Numbered from the stretch's first letter, positions 13,203-26,521 are shown. The stretch: DNA of 64,000 nucleotides from Antedon mediterranea (GCF_964355755.1 NC_092670.1:36196388-36260387), one strand, 5' to 3'. A program made the numbers and translations. The notes: generated by a model not told the origin, from the sequence alone.

Positions 13203-13524
13203 AGCTCTGTCTACACTATCAAACTTTATGTGTAAAAGTACAAAGGTGAGACAGTAGGCTATTCAAGGAATAAAAAGGCACTATCTACTGTAAGCTGGGC
13301 CTGTTCAGACCTACAGAGTTATGCTTTCATATCATAAACCAGGAGAAAATTAGGACACTGATCTTTCGTTTGTTCAAGGTACAAGATTAGTGAATGACGC
13401 TTACAATATGAAAGTCATGCATACAAAAAAAAGATGATAACAAAATGTGATGTGCCCATATATGGACATGATGACTACCATATTTGGCCATATCACTACC
13501 ACCTTTGATAGTGTAGACAGAGCT
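13203..13524. mobile_element. MITE family A interrupted by a ~190-bp insert
   Basis: Both TIRs present; the insert 13241-13422 resembles 15510-15702. Confidence 0.8.
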
Positions 13525-13718
13525 TTAAAGGTCTTGTCAAATAGTGGGTGGGGGTGTTCAGGTAAAAGCTAGTCTATAAAAAAAGGTCTTTTGCAACATT
13601 TTATAATATATTTTGCATTAAAAATAACATTTCTACACTCTACTCAAAATTATAAAATTTTTGGTTATATTGTTAAAAAATCAAGGCATGATGAGTTTCT
13701 GAATAAAAAATGTTGTTA

Positions 13719-13825
13719 AGCTCTGTCTACAAATATGGTAGTGATATGCCCAAATATGGTAGTGATATGACATCATCATGTCCATATATGGGCACAGCAC
13801 ATTTTCATAGTGTGTAGACAGAGCT
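13719..13825. mobile_element. MITE family A, internally deleted
   Basis: AGCTCTGTCTACA...GTGTAGACAGAGCT, immediately downstream of the HROB stop codon. Confidence 0.75.
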
Positions 13826-13843
13826 TGAGTGTTTACAAACGTG

Positions 13844-16800
13844 TTAAAAATCTTCAAATAACTCATGCTCAATCCCTTTTAAAAGTTCATCAATGTTTTC
13901 CCCCAAATCAGCGTTTGTCTCGGAATTAATTCCATGATTCCCGACGGAAGTTGAACTTTCCAAACATACTCTCTTGGGCGACTTATCCGCCCCCACACTC
14001 CCCCTCTTGACGTTATCGTCTACGGTAATATTACCTGTTTTTGGAGCATGCTCAGTTGTAGTCAGTGAGTCACGTTTACTTTGTTCTTGGCTTCTCATCA
14101 AATGTTGTGTTTTTGTAGGCCTCCCAACAAAAGTGTTTTTGTGTTTTGTAAATTGAGTTTTCCTTGTAGTATTTGACTGAACTAAATTTGACCTCTTATG
14201 ACCCAGTTGTATAATGAATTCTTTCAATCGGGGACTGTATGTAGATGGTTCGGATAGGTTTTCATTCAACACTGCCCGGCGTTGATTCTGACCTTTAACC
14301 TCAGCAGGGAATAAATGAACTAAGTTGCTAGGTGTGATGTTCAGATAATGATTTCGAAGGGACGGACTCAATACGCCAACCTGTAAAAAATACAATTAGT
14401 TGCATTGTAAAAGAAAATTGTGGCAGGTATTAAATGTTCTTTGTTAACATAGTGCACATTTAAGCTTAGTTACTTACTCAGAAAAATTGGTTTCATGGGC
14501 CAATTATTTCTAAATTTGGTCGGTATTTACTATACTTATTTCAACTTTATTGACATAAAAAACAAATACTTCAACTTTATCAACTCACCTGAGTAAATAA
14601 TTAAAACCGATTTTCCTCTAGATAAATTAATTTGGGCGAATCAAAATCATTCACTAATGCGCATGAATTAATATTATCCAATCCTTTTTGTGACGCAATG
14701 CGCAACCAATCATACATAAGTCAGGAATGTTTGTTTCACGTAAATATATTCGCTAATGGAAAAGAGACTTAAAAGCTACAACAATATGCCTTTTTCACGA
14801 AACAGAAGACATCTTCGATCAATGACAAACAAGGATGTGCAGAGAAGCGTAACCAACAGAAATAACAGCATTTTCAGGGAATTTTTAGGACACCATGTTA
14901 AAAATTGTAACTCTTGAAAGAAGTATCGTATGAGAAAAAAAAATACTGTACAATGTTTTTAAAAGATTGGCCACAGTTAGGTAGGCTAATCTTTTAAGAA
15001 GATTTTACAGTACAAATTTTGTCCATATGACTGTCTGTTAAGGAGTTACAAATCCTCCAAAAATATGCTCGCTGCGCTCTGTTATTTCTGTAGGTTCTGC
15101 TTCCCTGCACAGCATTGTTTGTCATCCATCGAAGATGTCTTCAGTTTCGTGAAAAAGGTGTATAGCTGTGCCTCACCTGTCTTAGAATCAGAACACATCC
15201 TGGTTTTAACTCGTCCTTCAGATCTTCCATCAGCTTCCGATGGATGGTTCCCTGTATCTCTCCGGTTGGATCCTTCAGGATACTGCTGGCATCAGTTCCA
15301 TTGAATTGAATTGTCTTTAATAAGACACAGAGATGCGCTACTTTGTTTTGCTGAAGCTGTTTCAACGAAGCCTGAAAAAAATTATTATTTTGTAACTCGT
15401 ATAAATTCCAACTTTATCATCAGACAGAATTTCACGCTAAGCTCATGCATAAATTAATCATGAGCACCGTCCTGCGGCTTCCTGTCCTGTTTTGTAAAGT
15501 CTCTAATGTCAAAGGCTATACAGCAGGCTATTCAAGGAATAAAAAGGCACTATCTAACCTATCTGTTCAGAGTTATGCTTTTATATTGCACACCAGGAAA
15601 AGGTTAGTGGAAGCCACCTCTTACGACACTGATGTGTCATTCTTTACGACAACTCAAGGTACAAGATTAATGAATGACGCTTACGATACGAATATCAAGC
15701 ATCAACGATTTTGACCTCCAACCAAACCAATTTACTCCTGCATACCAGATATTCGCCAAAATCAGTGACGCTTCAGTTTCTAACGAAGGCGATAGTTAAG
15801 AGAGTCTGAACACTTTGCTTTTACGACGCAAATTATAATATGACATTGCTTGCGATATGAAAGCATAATTCCAGAACATATTCTTTGCTAAGGAAGCACA
15901 GGTTGTTAAATGTCAATTTAAAACACTTTTATTTCGATTTAGATATGCGCTGATGAACAAAGCATATTGAACATGGAGCCATGGGGCAACAGTTAGTGCA
16001 TGTTTGTATATATCGGAATAAGTATCGCAAAAGTCCAATAAAAGACATTTATTTTGCAGTGCAGTACCTTTCGCAATACCAGCGCTATGTTGTTTCTTGT
16101 CAGAATTGATGTAGGATCCTCAACATCTATGTCCAAAACATGCAGCATAGTTGTCCATGTACCGCTTGTGAAATCATCAACAATAGGTGTGAATTGTGAA
16201 CTTGGTATGTCCTACAATAAATGAATTTAATATAAATATGATGTATCTACACTATTAAATTACATATTATGTATCCGTCTACTGTGGTTACATTTCACAC
16301 ATGTATGGAAATGCTCATTTAGCATAGTCTTCATTCAAAAGTGACATCCCAGTTTATTCAGCTGAGTTAATCCTAGGGGTTTTAGGAGAGTTACCCTGGT
16401 GTTCTGGTCTACCTCAGTCCCGGTCATTGTAAGTCGTTTGATGCCAGCTGTACAACACAAAGGCACTTTAAGCTCTGTCAAGCTAGTTTGACAAAAAAAG
16501 TGGGATGTTCCTAAATATGGTAGTGATATGCCCAAATATGGTAGTGATATGCCCAAATATGGTAGTGACATGACTTCATCGTGTCTATATATGGGCACAT
16601 CACATTTTTTTGTGACATAATGTTTGATAGACAGAGCATAAGCCCAGTAGGCTGTGAGTCACAGGTTGTTCTCCAGTACATTCCTATTAACTCTGCTTTC
16701 TTGATCACAGTATGGGAATGTTAAACCTACCATCTTTTCTTCTTCATTTTCATCAGTTTCGGAAAGGACAACATCAAATTTGTTTTCATCATTGCTCTAA

Positions 16801-18639
16801 AAATTACCACAGAAACAAAGTTAAATATCTCAAGATGTGTGTCTAATTATCAGATTAAAAAATTAAGCACCAAACAAAACTTGATTTCCCAATAATACGA
16901 GAATAATTCAGAGTACGAATAAAACTTAATTGATGCAAAGCTATTCATTTTCTTCTTAAGCTCTGTCTGCACTATTAAACAAGTTTGACAAAAATATATG
17001 ATGTGCCCAAATATGGTAGTGATATGACATCATTGTGTCTCTATATGGGCACATCACATTTTTTGTCACATAAAGTTTGATGGTGTAGAGAGAGCTTAAG
17101 GTTCCATGCAGTGGTCTAGAGGTATGGATGATAGGTGATCTGAAAGTCAATGGTTAAGTACCACCCACACCCATACATTCAGTACAATTACCTCAGATCA
17201 GGGCAGAACATATGACTTACTTAGACATACTGTATTTTACTTACTGAAATTAGTTTTGGTAGGATACCAGCTGGCCCTGGAAACTTCCTCAGCCTTGTTT
17301 TTTCAACCTTTCTCACTGAAGTAGGTGTTCTGCACAGCTCTGCAACTCTAGGTGTGAAATGTGGTGTCTGTGGTGCCGAAAAAAGTGGATCGGGTGTTCT
17401 GGCAATCCTACTTGTTCCAGCTCCCTGAAAGACTCTTGGTGAGGTGTGCCTATTGCAAGGAGTTCTGGGTCTTGGAGTGTATGGTGAATGCTGCTGAAAG
17501 TTTGCCCTTTGCTTATTAGCTACAGACATACTAGACTCTGTGTGATGATGATAAGAGTTAGTCTTGTACTGGTGGTTTAGCATGGTGTTTGATTTACAAG
17601 TATCAGCTTGTCCGTGGGTCAATTTTGATGACATAGCAGAGTAGGATAGATTATTGTTGTAGTTATTTCTCATCTGCAAATCCTTGACAGCAATATCTTT
17701 TACACCAGACTGGTTGATATTATTAGTTAATGGTTGAAAATTCCTACCATTAATTTCCTTATTGCAGTTATTATTCATTTGAATAGAAGTTCTTAAACTT
17801 GATGCCTTTCCATTCGGTTGATTGATTATTGTTTTTGACTGATCTGTTTTGATATTCAGACCTGATCTATTACCATGACTACCCATGTTCTTTTGTAGAA
17901 TCTGCAAAGCTGACCTTTGACATGGTTGTTGTCTAGTATTATTGTCATTGCTAAGTGTTTTATCTATATCATTATTGGGTTTGTTCCAACTAAAACGTTG
18001 AGATTTAGGTGCCTGCAGCTGCTGTGATGGTGATGCTAACATGTTGGAATAACATGCCTGCTTGTTGGGTGTTTTCTGCTGGTTGGTTTCAAGTAAATTA
18101 TCTTTTGGGGCCAGGATACCTTTAGCAGGAAGTGTTGGTTGCCTTGCTGTAGAATCAGTCAAGTCTTTCAGGGTGGTAGAACCCGATGTTGTCCTGTTGC
18201 ATGTTGTTAGGCTATCAGACGTGGTGCTGCATGCTGTCCTAGCAGTAGTAGTTGTGGCATTATATTTTGGCCTACCATCAGAAGTCGGCGGAGAACTTTG
18301 TTTAAATTTAAAATTGAATTTGCTAACAGCACCCAATGGTTGGTGACCAGAGGTTCGTTTTGGGGCGAGTTGAGAACTACATAATGGTGTTTTGTTGATG
18401 ATATTTGTTTGCTTAAATTTGGATGACGAATTCACTAGAAATGTTTCTTCATCTAGATTTAGAAAGTCCTGAGTGAGAAAATAATGTCCAGAAATATAAT
18501 CAATACAATCAATACACAATTTTTGAAAAAAAATTAAATAATTAATAAAACACAAATGCAAAAATGTTTTTAAGAGCAACTGTCTTACCTCATCCTCGAA
18601 GCTGAGGTCCGCAGGATCAACTTCACTGATTTGAAACAT
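13844..18639 (-). CDS. HROB: Homologous recombination OB-fold protein (C17orf53/MCM8IP)
   Basis: Exons 18639-18589, 18468-17245, 16796-16731, 16211-16068, 15371-15177, 14380-13844. Motifs: N-terminal EDEDFL, long disordered region, RKFPGPAGILP, OB-fold segment DASSILKDPTGEIQGTIH...PGCVLILRQVGVLSPSLRNHYLNITPSNLV, acidic C-terminus ELFEDF. Confidence 0.92.
16471..16638. mobile_element. MITE family A
   Basis: TIRs and internal repeats match the family. Confidence 0.8.
16959..17096. mobile_element. MITE family A
   Basis: TIRs and internal repeats match the family. Confidence 0.8.
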
Positions 18640-19367
18640 CTCAAGTCAGACTGCGTACAGAGTTTTAGTTTTTTATGAGCGGCATCAACTTTTAGTTAGG
18701 TTTAACTTGCTACTGTAGATTATTCTGTAAAATAACTCTTTCTCATTCTTTAAAATAGTACTTACAAATAAATATGAAAACGTCAACGACTTTTTTATAT
18801 TTCAATTATTGCTTTTTAATTTTTTAATCACAATTGAGTGAGGTACGCCTGGACGAGCTGTGCCGATTTGGTTTTCATCACATTACTCTAGGACTAGCCT
18901 ACCTAGTAGGCACGACTACGACGTGTTTATAAATAAGTAGTATAGGCTAGTATAGTAGTTAGTACACTGATAAAAGGCCTAGGCCTAGCTAGTAGGCCTA
19001 GCTAGCTAGCTAGGCCTACCTACCATCATACATAGAGATATTATAGTTCACTATAATATCTCTGGGCCTACTCATAATTTTGAATTTTCATTTAAAAATA
19101 ACACACACACAAGCGCATAAGTCTGGGCTAGCCTGACTTAACATTTTACCTAATTACTTACACACTTAAATGACAAACAATTAGAAAAAAATAAGCATCA
19201 GTTTTCCTCTGCTCGTTCGATCCTCCGTTCCTTGCACATTTTTCTCTATTTTGAACAGAGCGCGCTCTCTATCTCGACGAGCATCATGGTTGACATTGAA
19301 CTTTGACCTAACATTATAGAGGGCGAGGAGAGGGTGGTGGTGTCAAAATTCACTTACGAAAAAAAAA
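18640..19367. promoter_or_regulatory. Putative bidirectional promoter for HROB and COMMD3
   Basis: Divergent start codons ~730 bp apart; locally CpG-containing; ATTATAGAGGGCG at 19313-19325; dense TAGGCCTA. Confidence 0.6.
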
Positions 19368-21820
19368 ATGGAATTGAGTGCAGAACTTTCACAAAGTTTA
19401 CAGATTTGTGGGGATTCAGTTCATATTAGGGATGAATTTTTCAAACCTTTAATAAATAATATTGTTGAAGATGTATTAGGCAATAAGTCAGGTACATAAA
19501 AACATATTAATCTTGAAAATACGTCGGCTAGGCCTAGGCCTAGCTAGCTAGCCTATACTAGGCCTACCGAAGTCCTAGATTAGCGGGTGTGTTACGTGTA
19601 TGATACAGTACAGACACAGTGAACCCGCGGAGCTAACACTAACAGCAGAGGGTCCGTGGCTTAGTTAGATAGCCTACGTTAACCTAATTGTCATTAATGG
19701 TTCTTTTGCTATTTTTTACTCGTCGTAATTTATTATTTACTATTTAAATTATTCAATAAAAATGTTCCTTTTCAATACTGATGAATGACTAATTATAATG
19801 TTGTGTTTTTTTAAATTAATAAAATAACAAAGCTCTAGGTAGGCCCTATATTATACATTATAGGCCTACTAGGCCTAGATTTAATATACGTCATGATTTA
19901 TGAAAAACAATAATTGTTCATATATATCAAAGACAGAGGCAGCCGTACACATAATTTTTTTTCTCCACATTTTTTCATTGACATTAGGTGATGTTGTAAA
20001 AGGCATTGAACCAGCTATATACAAACAGTCTTATGGGTCTCTAGCTACATTCTTCCTGGAGGCTGCAAAATATGATGCTACTTCTTCCAATATCAGGTAT
20101 GGTAATGTTGCATATCAATCAATTGCAATCATAATAATTAATACTGACTGGTCGAGAGATCAGACACCATAATACATACATTTGCAAAGTATAGCATGAG
20201 TGTTTATTTATCGGAGCTTCTGTCACGAATTAGAGTCTATATGGAGTAAATTTTTTTTTTCATTTGAGTTTTACAAAAACTACTAGGCCTATGTCAGACG
20301 GAATTGTACCTCAATTTAACAATGGATATTATTATGTTTAAATTACCTACACTACAGAAAGGCGAGGGTGCTCTTATAAAGTAAACTTTTATCTTACTTT
20401 CATTTCAGTTCTTTGTTAGAAGACTGTAAATTTTCTGCCGATAGAACAGAGATGGTTAACACATTATTCAAAGAGAAAAAGCCAGCATTGCGAGCTATGC
20501 TATCCAGAATAGGAACATCACACCCACACGTTGTTGATGTAGACTGGCGGCTAGATTACTACATGAAGGTATATGTGGCTCATCATTTTCCACTATTGTG
20601 TGTAGCTGTAGCTAATGCCTTACCTCAACAGGTCTACAGACCATAGATCTACCAGCTGAGTTAACAAGACTCTAATTAAATACTCATCTCATAAAATATA
20701 AAGTAAAATGTATATTTTGTATGTTGTATTATGTCCAACAGAGTGATGGTTATGATGCTAGTCCTGTCATGTCAGGATTTGTTCGAATGTCGATTTACAA
20801 CTCCACTCCCAAAGACTTGTAATAAGACTTTGTTTATGTAGAGCATCTTGTGTATATGTTTGTCTTGTGAACAGGATTGCCACCTTTAAGAAGGATAGTG
20901 AATGAATTCGCTAATGGTTATCCTTGGCAATTTGAATAAATACATTTTTGTTTAAAGTTTATGGAATTTATCTTTTATGATTTTTCCCCTCAGAATAACT
21001 ATCTAGATAAAGTAAATAAACCAACTTACTTAATAACATTAAAGACAGAAGAGAATGGAAGTAACGAAATAAAAGATGTCCAATTTGGCTGCACATTAGA
21101 ACAATTACAGGTTAGTAGCATAAACAGTGTATGTTTGTGTGTGAACAGGTAAAAGGACCATTGCATTTACTGGTCTGCTTGTAAAACTAGACTAAAGCTC
21201 TGTCCACACTATCATGTGAAAAAAAATGTGATGTGCCCATATATGGACAGTAGTGACGATGTCATATCACTACCATATTTAATCATATCACTACCATATT
21301 TAATCATGTCACTACCATATTTGGGCATGTCACAACCATATTTGGGCATGTCACAATTTTTTTGTCAAACTAGTTTGATAGTGTAGACAGAGCTTTAGAG
21401 CTGTTGACCTTACTGTATGTACAATAACTATTTCAAATTTAGTTTAAATTGTCTAATAATATGGTTTAAATTGTCTAATAATATGTAAATGAATAAAAAA
21501 AAAATTACTAACAGTTATACATAAGAAACCTTCCTAAAATAGTAGGGGATTTCCCTGATGTATATATTTGTGCCTTGTTGTACTGTTCAAACAAATAGAA
21601 ACTTATTTACACAAAGTTGCTATTGACCAAATATGTTATGTAAATATGAAAATGAATATATAATTTCCACAAACGTTTCTGTATATTTTTAGCGAGTTTG
21701 TTGCTATCCTGAAATTTTGTTTCACTTGAATTAATAAATTATACTTTTCTTGCTTTATAGGATCTTGTCGGCAAATTAAAAGACGCCACCAAGAGTCTAG
21801 AGAAAGCAACGCACACATGA
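19368..21820 (+). CDS. COMMD3: COMM domain-containing protein 3
   Basis: Exons 19368-19491, 19988-20096, 20409-20568, 20994-21110, 21761-21820. Reads MELSAELSQSLQ..., FFLEAAKYD, and a COMM domain HPHVVDVDWRLDYYMKNNYLDKVNKPTYLITL...VQFGCTLEQLQDLVGKLKDATKSLEKA. Confidence 0.95.
21196..21393. mobile_element. MITE family A
   Basis: TIRs plus expanded internal CACTACCATATTT repeats. Confidence 0.85.
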
Positions 21821-21955
21821 GGATTCAAGACTTACCGTAATCTTTCCATAATTATGTATATTGATATTAATACATTTTCTATAGATATTATCATAAACTG
21901 TATATTATAAACAAATAATTATTTTATAACAAATCGCTGTAGAAAAGATCTCTAA

Positions 21956-22081
21956 ATCTCTGTCTACACTATCAAAAAATGTGTGATGTGCCCATATATG
22001 GTAGTGATATGACATCATGATGTCCATTGTATGCGCACATCACATTGTTTTTGTCATAAAGTTTGATAGTGTGGACAGGCT
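21956..22081. mobile_element. MITE family A
   Basis: TIRs match the family. Confidence 0.75.
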
Positions 22082-22651
22082 TAAGGTGAGAATGCAAGAA
22101 AACAGTAAACATACAATTATAGATTCTATTTCATAATTTAATAACAAAGATATTACTTTAAAAACAATTATATTCAATATAGTTTATACACACGTCAATA
22201 TATCTGTAACTGAAGACCAAATTAATTAAATTTTAATTAAAAATAAACATGATGTTTAAATTTCATAAGTACTGATGTAAAATTGCTTTCAAATCGTCTA
22301 CATTGTTTTAGTTTCACGTCATTGCATTCCATAATGAATCCAATACCCATTCCGATTGGTTGTCTCAGAGTACTCGCAAATATGTAAATGCAAATAATTT
22401 GACCAATCACATGTTCGGATTATTCGTCTCTTGTGATTGGTCAAATAATTTTAATTGCGTAATTTAATAATTAAAAAATGTTGATTTGCGACACTACCTA
22501 CTGTACGACCTACGCAGTGTCATTTGTAGGTAGAAACGAAAAAACTGTCGAGAATAAAATAGGAAGAGGAAGCGTGCCCAAACTATCTGCACATGCGCAC
22601 AATGAATAACTTCTAGGTCGGTCGTCGCAAATTCTCTATGTTGTATAATTT

Positions 22652-24027
22652 CTATAATTGTTCAGTCTTCAGTAGAATTACATTGCCTCTTTGCAAGTTG
22701 TAACTACGAAGTGATCGATCGTCTGTCAGTTCATTTCCCTCAAATATTAACCTTTGACACGTCCTCGGAAGTCTCGTTCTTATTTCAATCTGGTGTTTCA
22801 ATCCAGCTATTGTATCATGGATACTTTCAATCGGGATTAAATCTCCGTTTGACTCAAGTTCAATCAAAACCTTTAAATTTCCAGTCTCTGCTTCCCTGAT
22901 GTCGTCATCTGTAATCATTCGAACTGTTGGTAACGATCGCGGCGTCAAATACTTTGTGATTGGCTCACCGTTTTTCATGTATGTTTCCTCGTATCGTAAT
23001 TGAAAACCATTGACCGAAGCTCTTAGCACAATTGCAACTTTATTCTTTATATCTTCAATAATATCAGAAGCCCAATCGACGTCTATTTTGAAAGAGATTT
23101 TATTCGCAAGCTCGATTACTATTTGATTATTTTCATTGGTATGCATTGGTTTTCTGGTTTTATTCTCCAAACGTGACACCATAAGTAGCGTCGCTTCCCC
23201 GTTGGCGATTCCGTACTTCTTCAGTTGCATGTCATCGTCGCAGAGATGTGTACCCCGGAAGTAAAGAACACATCGATCAGGCCATCCAACGCAGCGAGCT
23301 TCGTTAATTATTTGCGATTTCAGTGCTCGGACGGAGTCTTCTGGAGAAATTGTAAAACTTACAGATTTTGAGATGCTAGGCTCACAGTTTTGAGATATCT
23401 TTCTGGGACTCCATGATTTTGGACTTCCTTGTTCTGAAACAATACAATTAAAGTTACACTTAAATGCTTTTTATTGGACATATAACTATTATTGAACTAT
23501 ATAAAGTTATCGGTATTTGCTGCAATTTACACGGCAGATTAAAGTAAGCAAATCTAACCTAATCTAACGTAATAATTAACGAGGACATACTCCTGAGTAA
23601 CAATGGAGTTACGAGACAGTAACTAAACTTTCAACACAAAGAGGGAATGGTTCTGTGTAGCAAGTTTATTAAAATAACTGACTGTTCCTAAGTTTACGTC
23701 AGACCGTGACGTAACAATGCGGGTCGGAATAACGAAGTTATGACATAAACTGGCGACGTTAACTGTGACGACACAAAGAGGAAAGAGTATTACTTCTCTG
23801 CACAACTGTTCCTAAATACAATCAAGTTTACGTAGCAATGCATTACTCTTACCTGTCGATTCTCTGGCCGTGATATTTATAACGGTAACTTTAACTAAAT
23901 CGTTTGTATCTTGTCTTCCAAAATGTCTTTCTTCATGTGACCCACTATTGTAATGGAACGGATGCGCTCCGCTCGCAACGCCGTTTGTAAATCCTCTGGT
24001 AACACCATTCTGCATGCAACTATGCAT
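22652..24027 (-). CDS. Protein with three tandem divergent ubiquitin-like domains, ~318 aa, no C-terminal GG
   Basis: Exon 1 24027-23853 (G|GTAAGA); exon 2 23433-22652 (TTTCAG acceptor, phase 1, open throughout). UBL1 ...SFTISPEDSVRALKSQI...VLYFRGTHLCDDDMQLKKYGI; UBL2 ...SDIIEDIKNKVA...FQLRYE; UBL3 ...DTIAGLKHQIEIRTRLPRTCQRLIFEGNELTDDRSLRSYNLQRGNVILL. Confidence 0.8.
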
Positions 24028-24580
24028 AATTTAATTTATGATCAGTACAGTAGACCTATCTATGTTATAAAAAATGAAATCAGTAGGCCTACTTTAATTT
24101 ATTCCTGCTACCACCGCCACAGATCTTGGGCAACTGCGGTATTACCGAACTTGTTGTTTGCCCGTGCGTGAAAGTTGAGGTTTAAACACTGAACTGGAGT
24201 TAAAAACACTGGTAAAGAAGGACACCAGGTAGGCGTTCACTTCCCGTTGCCTTTGTCATTTTTCAATGCCATAATCGTATGGGTGGTTACACACACGAAG
24301 ATGGTGTTAAGTACGATATGGTGGTATTACTTATTGCTGTGAGTGGAACTAGACAATTCAAGCCTAAATCCTTTCTTTGAAAATCTTTTAACCCATTTTA
24401 ATACATCGTTAATCAAAGGTAAAGGTTTGACGCACGAATGTTGAACGCTCCAATTATTTCACTGAATGACATAAATTAACGATAATGTGTTGACAAAATA
24501 TGATTAGGGAAGTGCCATCTCTTCTCCGCTAACCCGACGTCCGACTCCTCCTCCGTACGGACGCAGATCATCTTCCCTAA

Positions 24581-24764
24581 AGCGTGGTTCCCACTAGCGA
24601 CGCAACACAAGGACGTAACGCAACGCAAGTGAATTGACCAATCACAAGCGATGGCTTATTCGCTTGTGATTCACGCAGACGGGGGAAACACAATGATTGG
24701 AAGGGAATTCTCTTACGTTGCATAGATTGCGTTACGTTGCACGCGTCGCTAGTGGGAACCAAGC
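24581..24764. mobile_element. MITE family B variant
   Basis: AGCGTGGTTCCCACTAG ... CTAGTGGGAACCAAGC with a different right half. Confidence 0.8.
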
Positions 24765-24936
24765 ATTATTTGTGTAGCTATACTATGTACAGACGTAGGC
24801 CTATATAAAACATCTAGAGTATCTAAATATTCTTAATATTTCTTTATTTAATCACATTCTAAACAAAAAGAGATAGAGATGGCCGGCAAACATAATTGAA
24901 ATTGGTGGTATAGAACAATAACCAACCTCTTAATTA

Positions 24937-25115
24937 AGCGTGGTTCCCACTGGCGACGCAACGCAAGGACGTAACGCAACGCAAGTGAATTGACCAATCA
25001 CAAGCGATGGCTTATTCGCTTGTGATTGCTAACTGTCTGTAACTTCGCTTGTCATTGGTTAAAACGCTTGCGTTGCGTTTACGTCCTTGCGTTACGTTCT
25101 AGTGGGAACCAAGCT
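24937..25115. mobile_element. MITE family B
   Basis: Nearly identical to 46931-47109. Confidence 0.9.
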
Positions 25116-25389
25116 TAAGTCTTAGGATTATATTTTTGTCAAATGCTTAGAGTGCCTCTTCAATGTTTAGTTAGCATCAAATGCATTTAAAATCATTGTT
25201 TAAAGCAGAATATGTTATTTCCATTTACACTACCACAAAGAGAGTTGATTGGCAATCTAAAGGCCTATTTACACAGCCAGACGATCGGTAACGGTAATAA
25301 AAATAAAGAATCTATATGTTTCCTTATGACCATTTACACAAAGCGCGGAGCGGACGGGCGGTTTCCGCAGTGTAGATACAGATTCTACT

Positions 25390-26521
25390 TTACCTTGACC
25401 TTTAGACTATAAACCTGTTAAGGTTTGTGAGTCCCTCTTTGAACATCTTGGCTCAAACTTTAGGTTGTGGGTTTTCCAGTGTGTTTCAAGATGGGTTTTA
25501 AAATTATTTATAGAGGATGCATTTACTATATGATATGGCAAACTATTCCAATCATTTACTGCAGATATTGAAAAGAATTTCTGTCTGTGTTTCGATTTAC
25601 TATGAACTTTTTTAATTTTAAAATTGTGGCCTCTAGTTACAGTAGATGGTGCTAATTCAAAAAAGACACCCGGATTAACATTATCATACTTTTGTATCAT
25701 TCTAAAAATCTGTAAGCAGCAAGACCTCTTTCTTCGAAATGCTAATGATGGCAGTTTCATAAATTTCATTCGGTCACTATATGGTTGAGTTTTAATTTCC
25801 ACAGCAAGTTTTGTGGCTCTTTGCTGAACTTTTTCTAAGAGAATAGAATCACCAACAAACTGAGGAAGACAAGCCGTACTAGAATATTCTAAAATCGGTC
25901 TAACCATTGATTTATAAAGGATAGACACTAAATGACTGTCTAAATATTCAAAGGTTCTCTTAATTAAACCAAGTCTAGAGTTAGCCTTTTTAACAACTTC
26001 AACGATATGATCATGAAAATTCAATTTATTATCAACTAAAACACCAAGATCTCTCATCTGAGTCGAGTTACAACTCCTAACTGAATTCTATCTGAATCTG
26101 TTCCCATAAAGTATGTTGTGTTCAAGGATTTTTTACCGAGATGCATAACCTTACATTTATTAATATTAAAGGGCAACTGCCACTTTACTGACCATTTATA
26201 CATCTTATCAATGTCCGCCTGAAAATCAAGAGCATCTATGTCTGAATCAACAGCTTTGTATGTCTTTGAATCATCAGCAAACAAAAAAAAGAGGTGACTT
26301 AACTAATTGAGGCAGATCGTTGATAAATATTGTAAAGCAGATTACACCATATACACTCCCTTGAGGAATACCACTCTGGACCGATATCCAATCCGAAACT
26401 TCGCCATTTACCACCACTCGCTGGACACGATTTGACAAGTATAGTTTAATCCATTTCAACAATTCACCACGAATACCATATGTATGCATTTTATGGAGAA
26501 GTCTTTCATGTGGAACAGAGC
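25390..26521 (-). mobile_element. 5'-truncated non-LTR retrotransposon (CR1/L2-group LINE) reverse transcriptase fragment, frameshifted
   Basis: Translates as SVPHERLLHKMHTYGIRG...SGIPQGSV...FINDLP / FADDSK...KCKVMHLG / RDLGVLVD...YKSMVRPILEY...LEKVQQRATK...TRGHNFK...WNSLP. Frameshifts near 26285 and 26055. Confidence 0.92.
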
